The notes below the pieces were generated by a model. It was given only the letters and a program-made list of their open reading frames with translations. It was not told the origin of the DNA and did no database searches. This document shows, one piece after another, positions 37,701 to 49,761 of a stretch of 64,000 nt of DNA; the stretch's first letter is position 1, and each line of letters opens with the position of its first letter. The DNA is taken from positions 248,001 to 312,000 of the forward strand of contig MU057724.1 of the NCBI GenBank assembly GCA_013265495.1, written 5' to 3'. The translations under genes were made by a program, and so were the position numbers. This DNA comes from Vicugna vicugna (taxonomy: Eukaryota).

Positions 37701-37799
37701 ACCTAAAACAAGGTTCTGTCTGACCAGTCGATGGAAAGGTGGCCAGAGGCTCAGAGGAACCCGGCGCTTCCCCTGGAGCAGTGGTCCAGTGTTCACTAA

Positions 37800-37998
37800 C
37801 TCAGTGTTTAAGCTGACTGTACAGAACGTCACTAATGTGAGTAACACGAACCTGCTGTAATTTAAATGAAATAACTTAGAATTCAGGTACCAGTCACATT
37901 AGCCACATTTAAAGGGTTTGATGGCCACGTGTGGCCACCGTGTTGAACAGATTTAGAGCATTTCCATCACCGCACAGAGTGCTGTTCAGTGTTACCCT
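37800..37998. mobile_element. MER3/MER33-like hAT-Charlie remnant
   Basis: cacattagccacattt...gccacgtgtggc...catttccatcaccgcacagag resembles the MER3 terminal region. Confidence 0.6.
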
Positions 37999-38999
37999 GG
38001 AGTTACCCCGGTCCTCTGGGCCTGTCCACAGGCAGCTTCTCCCAGTGCCGGGGGCCTCGGCGCAGCCCTGGAGGGGCCGTTTTCGTCCCTGTGCGTGTGG
38101 ACCTTTGTACGTGGGTGTCACCTTCCCTTCTCAGTGGGCAACTCCGTGTGGCCGGCCTCTGACACGACCATCTTTGTGCCTTACCCAGTGAGCTGCACAC
38201 AGCAGCCACACACAGGAACTCTGGTGCAGAAGTTCTTGAGAACCACGAGTCCAAAGAGGTCACCTGGGTGCGTCACGGAGACGGCGGAGCAGGGCCCCTA
38301 GGAATCAGCGCCTCTGCTGGAGCAACCGATGAGCTGGCAAAACCATGGCAGAAAAGCTTTCCTGGATCCTAATCAAATGCTTCCAGAACCAGGGCGGTAC
38401 CTACGAGGTGCAGCTGCACAGCTGGTGAGCGGACCGCCACACTTGTTTCCCCGCCATTGCCCTCCGCCTCCCGTGTGTCAGCACGGACCACAGGGACAGG
38501 GGACGTCCCCGGTGTGGCTTGCTGGGGTTGGTGGTGAGGGGCAGGAGTGGCAACATGGACCTCGTTCTAAAAAAGCTGTGGTGGTGACCTGAGAGGCCGG
38601 CACCAAGGCTCCCCTTGGCGTTGCCCCTCAGCTCAGGCAGCTTCCAGGAGGCAAGTGTCAGAAGCACTTACAGACACGTGCCACCCACGGGCAACCGGCA
38701 CAGAGCAGACAAAGCAGCAGCCTGGAGAGGAGGAGCGTCCTCGGGGGGCTCCGGGTGCACACGACCCCTGGGCTCCAAGGTCAAGGGCCAGTGGAGCCAC
38801 GGGTGGCCTGGCTGCGCGCTGGGCGGGGTGCCCCAGCGCCAAACCAACCTGCCAAGTGCAGGAGGGGCCTTTTTGGTGCCAGGTGTTCAGGGAACTCTCT
38901 GTCATTGGCTCATCATTGGAACAATGGAACAGAGACCCCCGGCATCACACGTGGCAAGGAACATACACTCTCTGCAGAAAAAGAGTTTGGAAAAGCCCG

Positions 39000-41640
39000 T
39001 TTAAAAGCGGGCAGCCGTGACCCTCCAGAAACAACAGCAAACCCTGGAAACGAGAAAAAGTGATTTCCACAGTTTCTGCATTACCATGTTCAAAATGTCC
39101 AGTTTTCAACAAAAAATTACAAGGCTTTCCCAGACACACTGACAAAGGTAACTATATAATAAAAAGTATGTATTTTATATTTATAGGATTTAAAAGATGC
39201 ATAAAACAGTAATTAAAAACCTACGCTAATGGGAATACAACACCCAGGACGCAGTCTGTGTGATGACAGCGCAGCGTCAGGCGGGACAGAGGGCCGTGGG
39301 AGCAGGGCTTCTGCAGCCAAGCGTCAGCTCGGACTGCGCTGCTGTGAACACAGGCACCGTAATACCCCCCAGGAGAAAATGTAGACACACAGAGGAGGGG
39401 ACAAGGAGGGAGCTTAAATGATACGTGAGCAAAATCCAACACAAAACAGTTGTGGAAGAAATCAGGGGAAAAAGGTGAAACTCATAGAAGACGAATGGGA
39501 AGATGATGAAAGTAAGTACTTCCTAATCAGAAGTCATTTTATATATGGCTAGATTAAACTCACCAATTAGAGATGCTGGCAGAATGGATTATAAAAACAT
39601 AATCCAACTATATACAAGTGACTGATTTTAGAGCCAAAATCACAAATAGACTGAAAGTGAACAGATGGCAGAGTATTTCCCACGCACCCACAGAAGCCTG
39701 GCCTGGCTACTGATGTCACAAAACTGACTTTGTTACAAGAGACAAAGAATGGGCACTTCGTACTGATGAAAAGGTCAGTCCATGAAAAAGACGTCACAGC
39801 TTTATAGCAAATCCCTCCGCATGCAGAAAGCAAGCCTCGACAGAACTGAGGGGAGGAGCGACCCACAGTGAGGTCGGAGCCCTCGACACCCCCGTTTCAG
39901 GGGTGAGGTCAGAACATCAAGAAGGAAGGGTAAGGAAACGGAGGACGACAACAGCTCCATACCCACTAGCGGCCACGACCCCCTACGAAGCTGGGAAAGT
40001 ACTTTCTTTTCAGAAATGACATTGCTAGCGTCAGAAGGAAGGGGAGACCCGGCTGAGGTGTGCTGCGCGGTGCACCGAGGGGCCCAAACAGATTTTACGT
40101 TTAATTTTTCCTATCCTGCCTCAAAATGTAAATTTTATTTCAACACACTTGAGCACCTACACTAAAAAATAAAGACTGCCAACGAGCAGCCTGACTCTGC
40201 ACTCAAGGAGCAAAAGCGGGGAGCCAACCAAGCCCGACGCCAGCGGACAAGCAGACGGGGCAGGGAGAGCAGGGGTGCGGCAGACCAGACGCTGGTTCTC
40301 GGAAGCGCTCAGCAGAGCTGACACTTCCTCTTCTAGACTGATTCGGGGGAGAGAAGAGAAGGCAGATAACTAATACCAGGATTGAAAGTGGAGCCGTCAT
40401 CAGCCTTACAGACAGAAAAATGCCGACCCACGAGAAGTCCTAGAAACATAAAGTAACAAAAATGACTCAAGAAACAGAGAATCTGAACAGATCTGCAACA
40501 ACAGGCTTAATCAGCAATCAGAAACCTCCCAGAAGGAAGAGGCCAGCACCACGCAGCCCCGCTGGTAACGCCGCAGCGCTGAGCGCTGAAGGGATTAGCA
40601 CCGGTGCTTCCCAGCCTCTTCCAGAGAGAATCGGAGGGGAACGCCCTGACTCATTCCATGAAACCAGCATCACCCTGACAACAGAGCCAGACGGCAGCTC
40701 CAGGAGGAGACTACAGACCAGTGTCCCTTACGGACACTGACGCAGAAATCCTCGACAAAACACCAGGAGCAGGTCTGCCCCGCACGTCTCCTACCAGCTG
40801 TGGTGACAAGACACATCGACAGAGAGAGAACACAGGTTCATCTCAGCTGATGCAGAAAAAAGTGCGATAAAATTCAACACTATTTCACGATAAAAACACT
40901 CAGCGAACCAAGAAGAGAAGGGAACTTCCTCCCCTTGACAGAAGACACTGATGAAAACCCACAGGTTGCATCATACCCACACAACCCCAGAGAGAGAACT
41001 CTCCCCTCAGACCAGAAGCAAGACAAGGGCGCCCACCGTCAGCACTGCTGCTCGACACTGTGCTGCACGTTCCGGCCGGAGCGACCGGGCAAGGAGAAGA
41101 CACCGGCCTGGACGAGCAGCAGCAAACCTGCCTCTGTCACGGGCAGCACGACCCTGTCTACAGAAAACCCCGAAGAACACACAACACACGCACCAGAGCT
41201 GACAGGCTAATTCAGCAAGAAGTTTCAGGAGAAAAGACCAGCACACCAACACTGAAAAGCCCAGAAAGGAGCCTGGGAACCTACACAAACACACACACAC
41301 AGTCCGTACAGACACAGCAGCAGCAGAAAGAATCCAGCGGCTAAGGGTAAAGGTGAACAAGGAGGCTGAAAGTCAGAAAGACTGAAAACTAGTGGAAATC
41401 ACAAACCACTGCTGAAAGAAATGAAAGACAACAAAGGAAGACACCGTGTTCGTGGAGCGAAAGGCGTACTGTAAATACCAGAGCTCCTCAAAGCCATCTG
41501 CAGAGCGACTGCAGCCCCAGTCAAAACCCCAGGGCCCCTGCTTTTCTGCCAGCGCGCCCTGCCTCCCAGACACGGTCCCCACGGTCAGTGCGCCTCGGCA
41601 GGAGCACCCAGGCATCAGCCGCCAGCGCTCCCAAAGTTCT
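39000..41640 (+). mobile_element. Ancient plus-strand L1 remnant, heavily diverged and CpG-rich
   Basis: Residual ORF2 text (TQETENLNR; DSFHETSITL; catctcagctgatgcagaaaaa; gaccagaagcaagacaagg). Confidence 0.75.
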
Positions 41641-41683
41641 CATACGTTGATGAAATAGTTTTTATTTCTTCTAGAAAGTTTTT

Positions 41684-41768
41684 TTATTTAAATGGAGGTG
41701 CTGGGGATTGAACCCAGGACCCTGTGAGTGCTAAGCACGTGCTCACCACTGAGCTATAACCACCCCCC
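41684..41768 (-). mobile_element. tRNA-Ala-derived SINE with target-site duplication
   Basis: TAGAAAGTTTTT at 41672-41683 and 41771-41782 flank a reverse-strand A/B-box SINE body. Confidence 0.88.
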
Positions 41769-42955
41769 TTTAGAAAGTTTTTGAAGTTGATCTAATCGTG
41801 GCGACTGTGTGCTGTGTGCAGGCGTCCCGGCCTGAGAGAACTTGGGGCTTGTCTCTTAGTTCCATGAAATACTCAAATTAATACTCATAAGCATGGAATC
41901 ATTCACATCTCCACTGAGTTTAAGTATGAACCTTTCTGGGTTCTTTTCGGGTCAAAAAACAAATGTTTCACATGCAAACTGAATATACCGTCAGAACCAG
42001 CTCCCAGGGTGAACGTGACCATTCACGTCACAGCAGCAGCCACGCTGACTCTGACGCAGAAGCGAGTCCGGCAGGACCGCGGCTGACGTGGACCTGACCT
42101 CGAGCCGCGTTCCTACCCCTCCCCTTGCCTGTCTCACCTCTGGACCCGGGGCCTGCACATGCGCTCCTGTGACCCGCTCTGTCTCCCCAGGACGTGTGAG
42201 TTTGGGAAAGCGGCTTCGTCTACCCCACCTGGGGGGAAAACTCTTAAAGTCCTGAAAACGCATGTGGCCTCCACCCTTGAAAAACATTAAAATGCTTAAC
42301 AGCATAATAAAAACACCCTTCATGTTACTGGTATGCACTTAAGATCAGCAGAGATGTCTTTTACTGCCTGTCTTCCAAACCAAGTACATCTGGCCCCTCC
42401 GGGTGACGAGGACATTCACACCCCAGGCGCCTGCGGGTGACCTCACCGTGCTCTCGCGGGTCCAGAGGAAGCAGACAGCTTTGAGGCTGGAGTACGCACC
42501 ATCATCTGGTAATGAACTTTGACTGGCGTGAGAGGTAGTCACTAAGAACAGGGTTTCCCCTAACATGGGGACTGAGTTAATGAAGAAGTCCCACGTTACC
42601 AGGACTCGAGCAAAAATCACGGTCGTAGAAGACACAGTATTACAACAACTCAAGTCCAAAGTGGCTTACTCTGGTTCCTTCTGTGCTACAGCAAAAGATA
42701 CTTACTTGTTCATGTGCGTGCGAGTTTTCATGTGCATGATCACTTACTTTTCTTTAAAAATGAGATTCCTGTGGTTGAACAGGCACCATTTCTTGAGGAC
42801 ATAAAGTTTACTTCTAGTGCCATATGCACTCAACCTGTATTTATCAAAATAAATTTGTCAAGTAATATAATGATGTGATTTATAAGATGAACATTTTTGC
42901 TTTTAAAACTACATAAAAGCTAGGTACTACTTTGGGGGAAAAAACTGTAATGTTC

Positions 42956-42961
42956 TTTATT
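42956..42961 (-). terminator. PRKDC: Candidate PRKDC polyadenylation signal AATAAA (alternative AGTAAA at 42807-42812)
   Basis: tttatt on the + strand about 940 nt past the stop, with U-rich sequence downstream on the - strand. Confidence 0.6.
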
Positions 42962-43655
42962 CTAGAACTTACAAAATCATACAAGAGCTTCTAACTATAG
43001 ACATTTGAAAAAAAATACTGAAAACCTCAAAGCCAACCAGAGAATGGCTCCAGACAGGGAGGACGGGCTCGGGGCGGAGCCAAGGGGGGACCCGGCCCTG
43101 CTGCTCCAGGTGGCGTGTCACCTCCCAGCAGGATGCACTTCACACCGCGTCTTCGTTTCCTTCCCCAGAGCTGGAATGCTGAGTGCTACCTTCACACTCG
43201 GAATTTCTGAAGTCACCCTGAGTCTGGGATGAAAGCACTTTGGTCTGCCTTCCTCATGTGACTGATCCATACAGCAAGGGTCCGTCTAAGCGAGACCCAG
43301 GTTTTCACCTCTCCTAATACGTCCTCTTCTAGAGACCAAGTCTGTCATAAAGTGTCAAAACTAGAAGAGAAAGAAAAAATGAAAGAAAAAAACCTACAAA
43401 AATACCCTAAGTGTCAAGTGCAGTCATTACTAGGTGTAAGAGGCCATCAGCTTCACTGTGACCACCTCGTGCTGCTGACCACGCCCCCCCCCCCCCCCTG
43501 CCCCCAGGTCTCCTTCGCCACTTACTCGGGGAGCTGCTGGCCGAGCACAGCCTCGTGACCCGCTGTGTCCGACTCGGGGCCTGCACTGGCCTGGATACGC
43601 CTTTTCTATTAGGTCTGTTTTAACCCTGACCTAGTATTTTCGCTTTTTTTCTTAC

Positions 43656-43726
43656 TTTTTTTTTTAATGAGGGAGACGTTACTTGGTTTATTTATATTTG
43701 GAGGAGGTGCTAGGGATTGAACCCCA
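43656..43726 (-). mobile_element. 5'-truncated SINE in the PRKDC 3' UTR, sense to the mRNA
   Basis: Minus strand reads gggttcaatccctagcacctcctccaaatataaataaaccaag...attaaaaaaaaaa (B-box plus tail). Confidence 0.75.
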
Positions 43727-43897
43727 ACCTAATCTTTCATCGTGACCCAATCGTCCACCCAGACCAGCATTCACTTCTCCATCACGACCCTGATTAAACT
43801 CATGATACAAGATTTCTTCTCTGTGCCATGTGCAAAGGTGAGGTTTACAACATCGCCCACATGCCGCACGCTCCACACCTGCTGGCTCCTCCGGGCC

Positions 43898-44102
43898 TCA
43901 CATCCAGGGCTCCCACCCCTCCCACGTCCTGCCGAGGATGTTGGGGTCTGTGGCCTGGTCAATCAAACACTTCACTTGAGCCTCCTCTGAAAGCCCGCTG
44001 TCCGGCTCCCGGGCCCGGACATTGTGGTCCCTGCTGCCTCGTGCCACTGCGACGTAGTCTTCGAAGGCAGATTCCTTCTCATGGCCCAGAAGCAATTCAT
44101 CA
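43898..44102 (-). CDS. PRKDC: PRKDC terminal coding exon (FATC); DELLLGHEK...[26 protein letters not shown]
   Basis: ccag|T acceptor. Canonical DNA-PKcs C-terminus, stop TGA at 43900-43898. Confidence 0.98.
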
Positions 44103-44329
44103 CTGGAGAAAGATTAAACACATACAGAAACACAAGCCATGCGCTATTACTCCTATCCAAACTCCCCCTCTCATCACACAGAATACTTTCTGCTGCCCAT
44201 AACCCTGAAGTCAGGAGCCTGGGTCTTCAGGGAAACGGAGCACTCGTCCACGAGCTTCTGTGGTCACGGCTTCACGCCTCTTGGGTCCACACCTAGGACG
44301 GAGCTGTGGGGCCACTTTCTGAGGAGCTG

Positions 44330-44900
44330 CACCACTTTACAGCCCAACCAGCTACATCCAAGGGCTCCAACTTCTTCACGTCCTCACCAGCCACAGCCTG
44401 GTGGGCGTGATTTGCATTATCTCCTGACCGACAGCGCTGAGCATCTTTCCATGAGCTGAACAGCCACCTCGTGTCTCTTTAGACAAACGTCTGTTCTGGT
44501 CCTTTGGTCATTTTATCACTCAGCTGTAAGAGTTTTTAATGTACTCTATATGCAAGTCCTTTATCAACCACATGACTTTCAACTATTTTCTCCCATTCTG
44601 TGGGCTGTATTTTTACTTTCTTGATGGTAACCTGTGAAGCACAAAGGCTTTTAATTTTGATGAATTTGTCTGTTTCATTCTTTCCTGTTTGTGCTTTTGC
44701 TTTTACAGTTAAGGTTGCCAAGTCCAAGGTCTGAAGATCTACCCACCCCACGTTTCTAAGTACTTTACACTCTTAACTCTTACAGCTTTGATCCATCTGG
44801 ATTGACTCTGGGGGGGCAGTTCCACCCTCACTCCTTCACCATTTGTTGGAAAGACCAATAAATGGTCTCAGCACCTCTGCCGAAAAAACAACAGACCACA
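44330..44900 (-). mobile_element. L1 fragment in the last PRKDC intron
   Basis: Peptide DKFIKIKSLCAS..TIKKVKIQPTEWEKI is ORF2-like. Confidence 0.75.
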
Positions 44901-45292
44901 GACTAGAGATCGCCTTTTACTATTCATTAACTGCAGAGTTGAACTTTTTTCCCTCGTGAATCATTTCTACAAATGCCTACTTGTAGCTGTGGAGGCCAAG
45001 GTGAGCCGCTCTACACACTGGCTGACACCCCCGTGTGCTCTCTGCACCTTGGGGTGTGCCACCAGGGTCACGTCTGCCTGGAAAGGACAAAAGCACACAT
45101 GGGACCTGAGTCCCTCGTGCAGGTACACACCCTGCGACACGCCGTCCAGAGGCGTGGTGCGGGGGCTCCGGGCCGCCCTGCTGGGCCGGCCCCCCCACCC
45201 CCGGTCTGCGAGGCCGCGTCCGCACACGGCGCCCAGCGGCCGTCAGCAGTGACCGCCTGGTGGGCTTGCCTCCCCCACAAGTCACATCTTAC

Positions 45293-45432
45293 CAGGTAAC
45301 GACCGCCGGGTTGGCTCCCGCTAACTTCCTCCTGGCGCAGCGCACCTTCTGCCGGGGGTACCAATTCTCTTCATCTACATTTACTCCTTGAATCCAGGAT
45401 CCTCCTTTTTTCAGCATTTTCTGTTCAAAATT
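45293..45432 (-). CDS. PRKDC: PRKDC exon ~85; [15 protein letters not shown]...[12 protein letters not shown]
   Basis: ccag|AAT acceptor, TG|gtaaga donor, 140 nt. Confidence 0.96.
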
Positions 45433-45990
45433 CTGGAGGAAAAGAACATGGTTTTCTCCACTTACGACAAAAGAATATATGATCACATTCAAACAGACCA
45501 AACAAGTAATGATCTTAAGCACACAAGCATCTCGCTGGGGAGACACTGCAGCTTTTCGCTAAACCCACGGCAGCACAGGAGACGGTGATGATGACCCGGC
45601 CGTAGGGGCGACACTCAGGCTTAAAAGGTGACTCCCTGCGATGGACGCCACTGCTGCCCCCCAACCCCAGGCTGTGTTGTGAAGAACCCTGGAGATTTAA
45701 TCAAGGAAGACCTCGTGTGGGACAGACTGAACTGAGAGTGTCTCAGAGGAATCGAACCCACATCACCAAAGGGTTAGAAATGGTCTCAGCTGAAACGATG
45801 CTTTTCTCCAGATGAAGGTTATTACGCCTCATCTGACTTGCAAGCCAAATGACCCCGAATGTTAATTTTGAGACATGCCAGACAAAACAATGTAAGTATT
45901 TAGTAACGACGATGCGTTTCCATCAGGTAACGGGAGAAGCCAGATCGGTCACTCGTAAAACAGGTGAAACGAGCGTGGAGACGACCGTAC

Positions 45991-46179
45991 CCTCCAGTCG
46001 AAGGACGGCTCCTTCACAAACACGTCCATGGTGGCGGTGAGCAGGTCCGAGCGGGAGCGGAAGGCGCGCAGCGCACACACCATGATGCTGCTCACCAGCC
46101 CCGTTTCTTTCAGCGGTAACATAAGGTTCATAAACTGGCGAGTTAGGCGAAAAGGCATCAGCTCAGGGACCGGCAGAAA
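45991..46179 (-). CDS. PRKDC: PRKDC exon ~84; [16 protein letters not shown]...[13 protein letters not shown]
   Basis: ttag|TTT acceptor, AGG|gtacgg donor, 189 nt. PFRLT motif. Confidence 0.97.
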
Positions 46180-46648
46180 CTAAAGAGGAAGAAAGACGCG
46201 TAAGCAGCAGCAGACGCGAACTCACACGGCGGCCAGCAGGAGCAGACGCCGGCCACGGCTGTTACTCGCATTCGGGGAGCGCAGGAACCAGCCCCTTAGA
46301 GGCGAGATCCCCGTGCCCCGTGCCCGTGTGATGCAGCTCCGTGCAGCTCCGTGCGCACGGCCCCGGAGACGCAGACTCAGAGTCGGGTGTCGGGGAGGCT
46401 GGTGCACCACGTTTTGTTCATGGGGCCTCATACAGCCTCCTCCGGTCCTCCCTTTCTGCAGGACACGGCTTTCTTAGCTCCGATTACGTAACTTTGCATC
46501 ACAGCCCCCACCACCTGCCTGAACGAGGCTGACACACAGCCAAGACACTCCCTTAACAACCACAACGAGCCACTGCTTCCGGGGGGGGGGGTGTCCCAGA
46601 GCCCGAGGGGACCCCAGGCCACGGAGAACAGAGAGCCGGCGGGCTGAC

Positions 46649-46850
46649 CTGCGTGGCAGATCCGAACGTGTGTCCGAAGTCAATGCCGATCAGGCCGCCC
46701 GTCTCCAGGCTCACCATGAAGTTGTTCAGGTGTCTGTCTCCGATGCCCAGGACCCAGTGGCCGACGCACAGGAGGGCGTGCGAGCTGGCGAAGTGGGAGC
46801 GGAGAGCCAGGAAGGCCTCGGGGCTGGTGCTCAGGGTCAGGAAGGCCCGT
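46649..46850 (-). CDS. PRKDC: PRKDC exon ~83 (catalytic loop and DFG); [67 protein letters not shown]
   Basis: gcag|A acceptor, CAG|gtcagc donor, 202 nt. GIGDRHxxN and DFG motifs intact. Translated by hand. Confidence 0.97.
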
Positions 46851-46922
46851 CTGCAGAGAGGTGGTGTGAGGCTTGCCCCTCACCTGCCCGTCCCCGGGGC
46901 CACGGGCCAGAAACACACTCAC

Positions 46923-46994
46923 TTTAAGAGGTCGGCTGGCACTCTGCTCTCCCTTCTTCTGAAAGATGTGACTGTTTCACTGCGACTGGCTCTC
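46923..46994 (-). CDS. PRKDC: PRKDC exon ~82; RASRSETVTSFRRRESRVPADLL
   Basis: ctag|G acceptor, AA|gtgagt donor, 72 nt. Translated by hand. Confidence 0.93.
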
Positions 46995-47198
46995 CTAGGG
47001 TTTAAGAATAGGGAATGTCTCAGAACAAACTGCTCGTGACTTGAAATGCGAAATTCTTTGCTTTACTGAAGCTCAAACAAATATCAAATAACCAGATCCT
47101 GACAGTCCCTGTCGGGCAGAACTGAGAAACAAAAGTGAACATGCAACTTAGAGAAGAATGAGCTCGTCAGGAAAAAGGAAAAGCCGAACGACACTCAC

Positions 47199-47288
47199 GT
47201 GTACACGAGCGGGTAAGCCCCGGGGCCATGCTTCCCAGACACCTTCGTCAGCCAGTCTCTGTATTCAAACGCCGGGGCTCTGGGGTCG
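47199..47288 (-). CDS. PRKDC: PRKDC exon ~81; [29 protein letters not shown]
   Basis: tcag|C acceptor, AC|gtgagt donor, 90 nt. Translated by hand. Confidence 0.92.
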
Positions 47289-48827
47289 CTGACAGAGGAC
47301 AAAGGATCAGCTTTAGGAAGAGACCTGGCGTCACATATCTCAGGGCCGGAGACCAGGAGGAAGTCATTGAAAACCAGTGAAGAGGCAGGAAAAGTAAGTG
47401 TGCCTCTTAATCCTACTTGATACTAACGCTGAACCCACACTCCTGTGGACCTAGAACTCCAATACCTCGTTACTCCTTCTTCATCACTCCTGAAGAACCA
47501 TGGCTATTTCCTATGCAGAAAGGCAGGCACAAAAGCCAGATACTAAAAACTTCCCGCTTCACACAGACAGAACAGGAGGGGCTGAACGGGCGCAGTGACC
47601 CAGCGCTCAGTCTGCGCGTCTGACCCAGGAAGGAACCCTCACGCAGGACAAAGCAGGCAAGTCGCTACTGTGAACAAAAGGACCACAAGCTCTTTGTTGA
47701 GATGGATTTTCTGCTTCTGTCGTTATTTAAACATCGCTACACTTTTTTTTCCATTTCCAGTGTGCAGATACAGATGAAGTCTGTGTTAAATTCTATAAAG
47801 TATTTACACAAATGACAATGAATTTGAATTGAATTTGAAAAGCTGTTTTCAGTAATGCTTCACAGACAAAATACAGTGTCTGGGCAGCTGGACACAATGT
47901 GATATTTGTATCTTTAGCCACTTCTAGGTTTGTATCCAAAGCTTTAATGAGTTTTCCTTAAAAAACCAAAAATCTAACAATAGAACAACTTCACAACATG
48001 TTACTTAGCAGTTAAATCACTGAAGGTGAACCGTTTCTGAGTTGCTACTAAGTTAATTTTGTAAATAGACACTCCATTTCCATGTAAGTTCTCTCTTAGT
48101 TTCAACTGGATGAGTAATCATTAGGTTGGAAAACTGCCACCTTTGAGTTAAGGAAAAAACAGCAAAGGGTTTAGCAGCAGGAGGCTGCCCTGGGTTAAAG
48201 GTGGTGGGAAGTGGTTTACACAACTGCATGTTTGAAAAGCATGCCACACTCTGCTGACACCTGTGTCTACCACGTGTCTTCTACATAATTTCCCATCATA
48301 GAAACGGCGGCCTGGGGACAGGGAAGGCCTCTGGGAGTCCACACGGAGTGAGAGCTGGGATTCGGACTCCAGGGGGTCCGTCTGACAGGACAGCCAAAGG
48401 ACTCAAATGACTGAAAGTAAAAGGTGGTGAACACCGCCCTGCACAGCAGCCATTCCCCGGGACAGAGTCGGATGGGAACACGGCTCCCACGGTGGGGAAA
48501 TGGCCCTGAAGCCACTCAGGACCACTTCCTCCCCTTCATCCTGCCACTGGACCAAAACTTGTCAACTCCTCCTTCAAAATGTCTTTAAGCCACCTTGTTC
48601 ATATTTTTCTTTTCAAAAACAAAAAAAGCACCTGTGTGGTGACCGGTGACTGATGAGTCATGAGCCTGCACACACCACACGCCTCCCACCTCAGCCACCT
48701 CCTCTGCACAGAGGGGAGGAAGCTCCTCACATGGTCGGTTTTGTAAAAAATAAATGACTTCACACACGCTACAAACCGAGAACAGTAACCAGGACACAGA
48801 AAACACTTTGTTAAGTGTTAGCTGCCT

Positions 48828-49397
48828 GCACTATTTACAACAGCCAAGACGTGGAAACAGCCTAAATGTCCATCAACAGATGACTGGGCAAAGAAGCTGT
48901 GTTAGATTTCTACAATGGAATACTACTCAGCCCTGAAAAAGAATAAAATCATGCCATTTGCAGCAACATGGATGGACCTGGAGACCTTCATTCTAAGTGA
49001 AGTAAACCAGAAAGAGAAAGACAACTATCGTATGATACCAGTCATATGTGGAATCTAAAAAAAGGAAAAAAGAAAAAAGAGGACACTAATGAACTCATCT
49101 ACAAAATGGAAACAGACTCACAGACATGGCAAATAATCTTATGGTTACCAGGGGAAGGGGGTGGGAAGGGATAAACTTGGGAGTTTGAGATTTGCAAATG
49201 TTAACCACTATATATAAAAATAGATAAACAAATGTCTTCCCTGCAGCATAGGGAGCTATATTCAATACCTTGTAATAACGTTTAATGAAAAAGAAGATGA
49301 AAACCAATGTATGTGTATATATATGCATGACTGAGACGTGACGCTGTGCACCAGAAACTGACACATTGTAACTGACTGTACTTAATTTAAAAAAAAA
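48828..49397 (+). mobile_element. 5'-truncated young L1 3' end with poly(A) tail, antisense within a PRKDC intron
   Basis: L1 3' UTR text, A-tail ending about 49397, flanking AGCTGCC repeat at 48820-48826 and 49398-49404. Confidence 0.88.
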
Positions 49398-49668
49398 AGC
49401 TGCCCATCTTATTGTTTTATTTTTTCAACGATCTTTTCTTCAAGATTAATTTTCTTGAAATGTGGTAAGCTATATGTAACCACTCTTTGGAACCCTCTAC
49501 TCCATCTCATGTGTTCACGCAGCCAGATGCAGATTAAAGCACAGGCCAGGTTTGGCCAAGGGGACCAACTAAAGGGCCTAAGAAGGTCCCAGGAGGAGCA
49601 GGGGTGAACTGCAGGCAACAGGCCAGGGGCCAAGCAGGGCGGAGGAGGAGCCCTTGGACCCCACTCAC

Positions 49669-49761
49669 TTGGTGTAAGCTCCCTTCTCCTCCTGGGACAT
49701 GCTGTTCAGGAGAAGCTCCTTCAAGGTGCAAGTATGTTCGATCCATTCAATTAACCCCAGT
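49669..49761 (-). CDS. PRKDC: PRKDC exon ~80 (93 nt); [30 protein letters not shown]
   Basis: tcag|A acceptor, AA|gtgagt donor. Contains the GLIEW hinge motif. Translated by hand. Confidence 0.95.
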
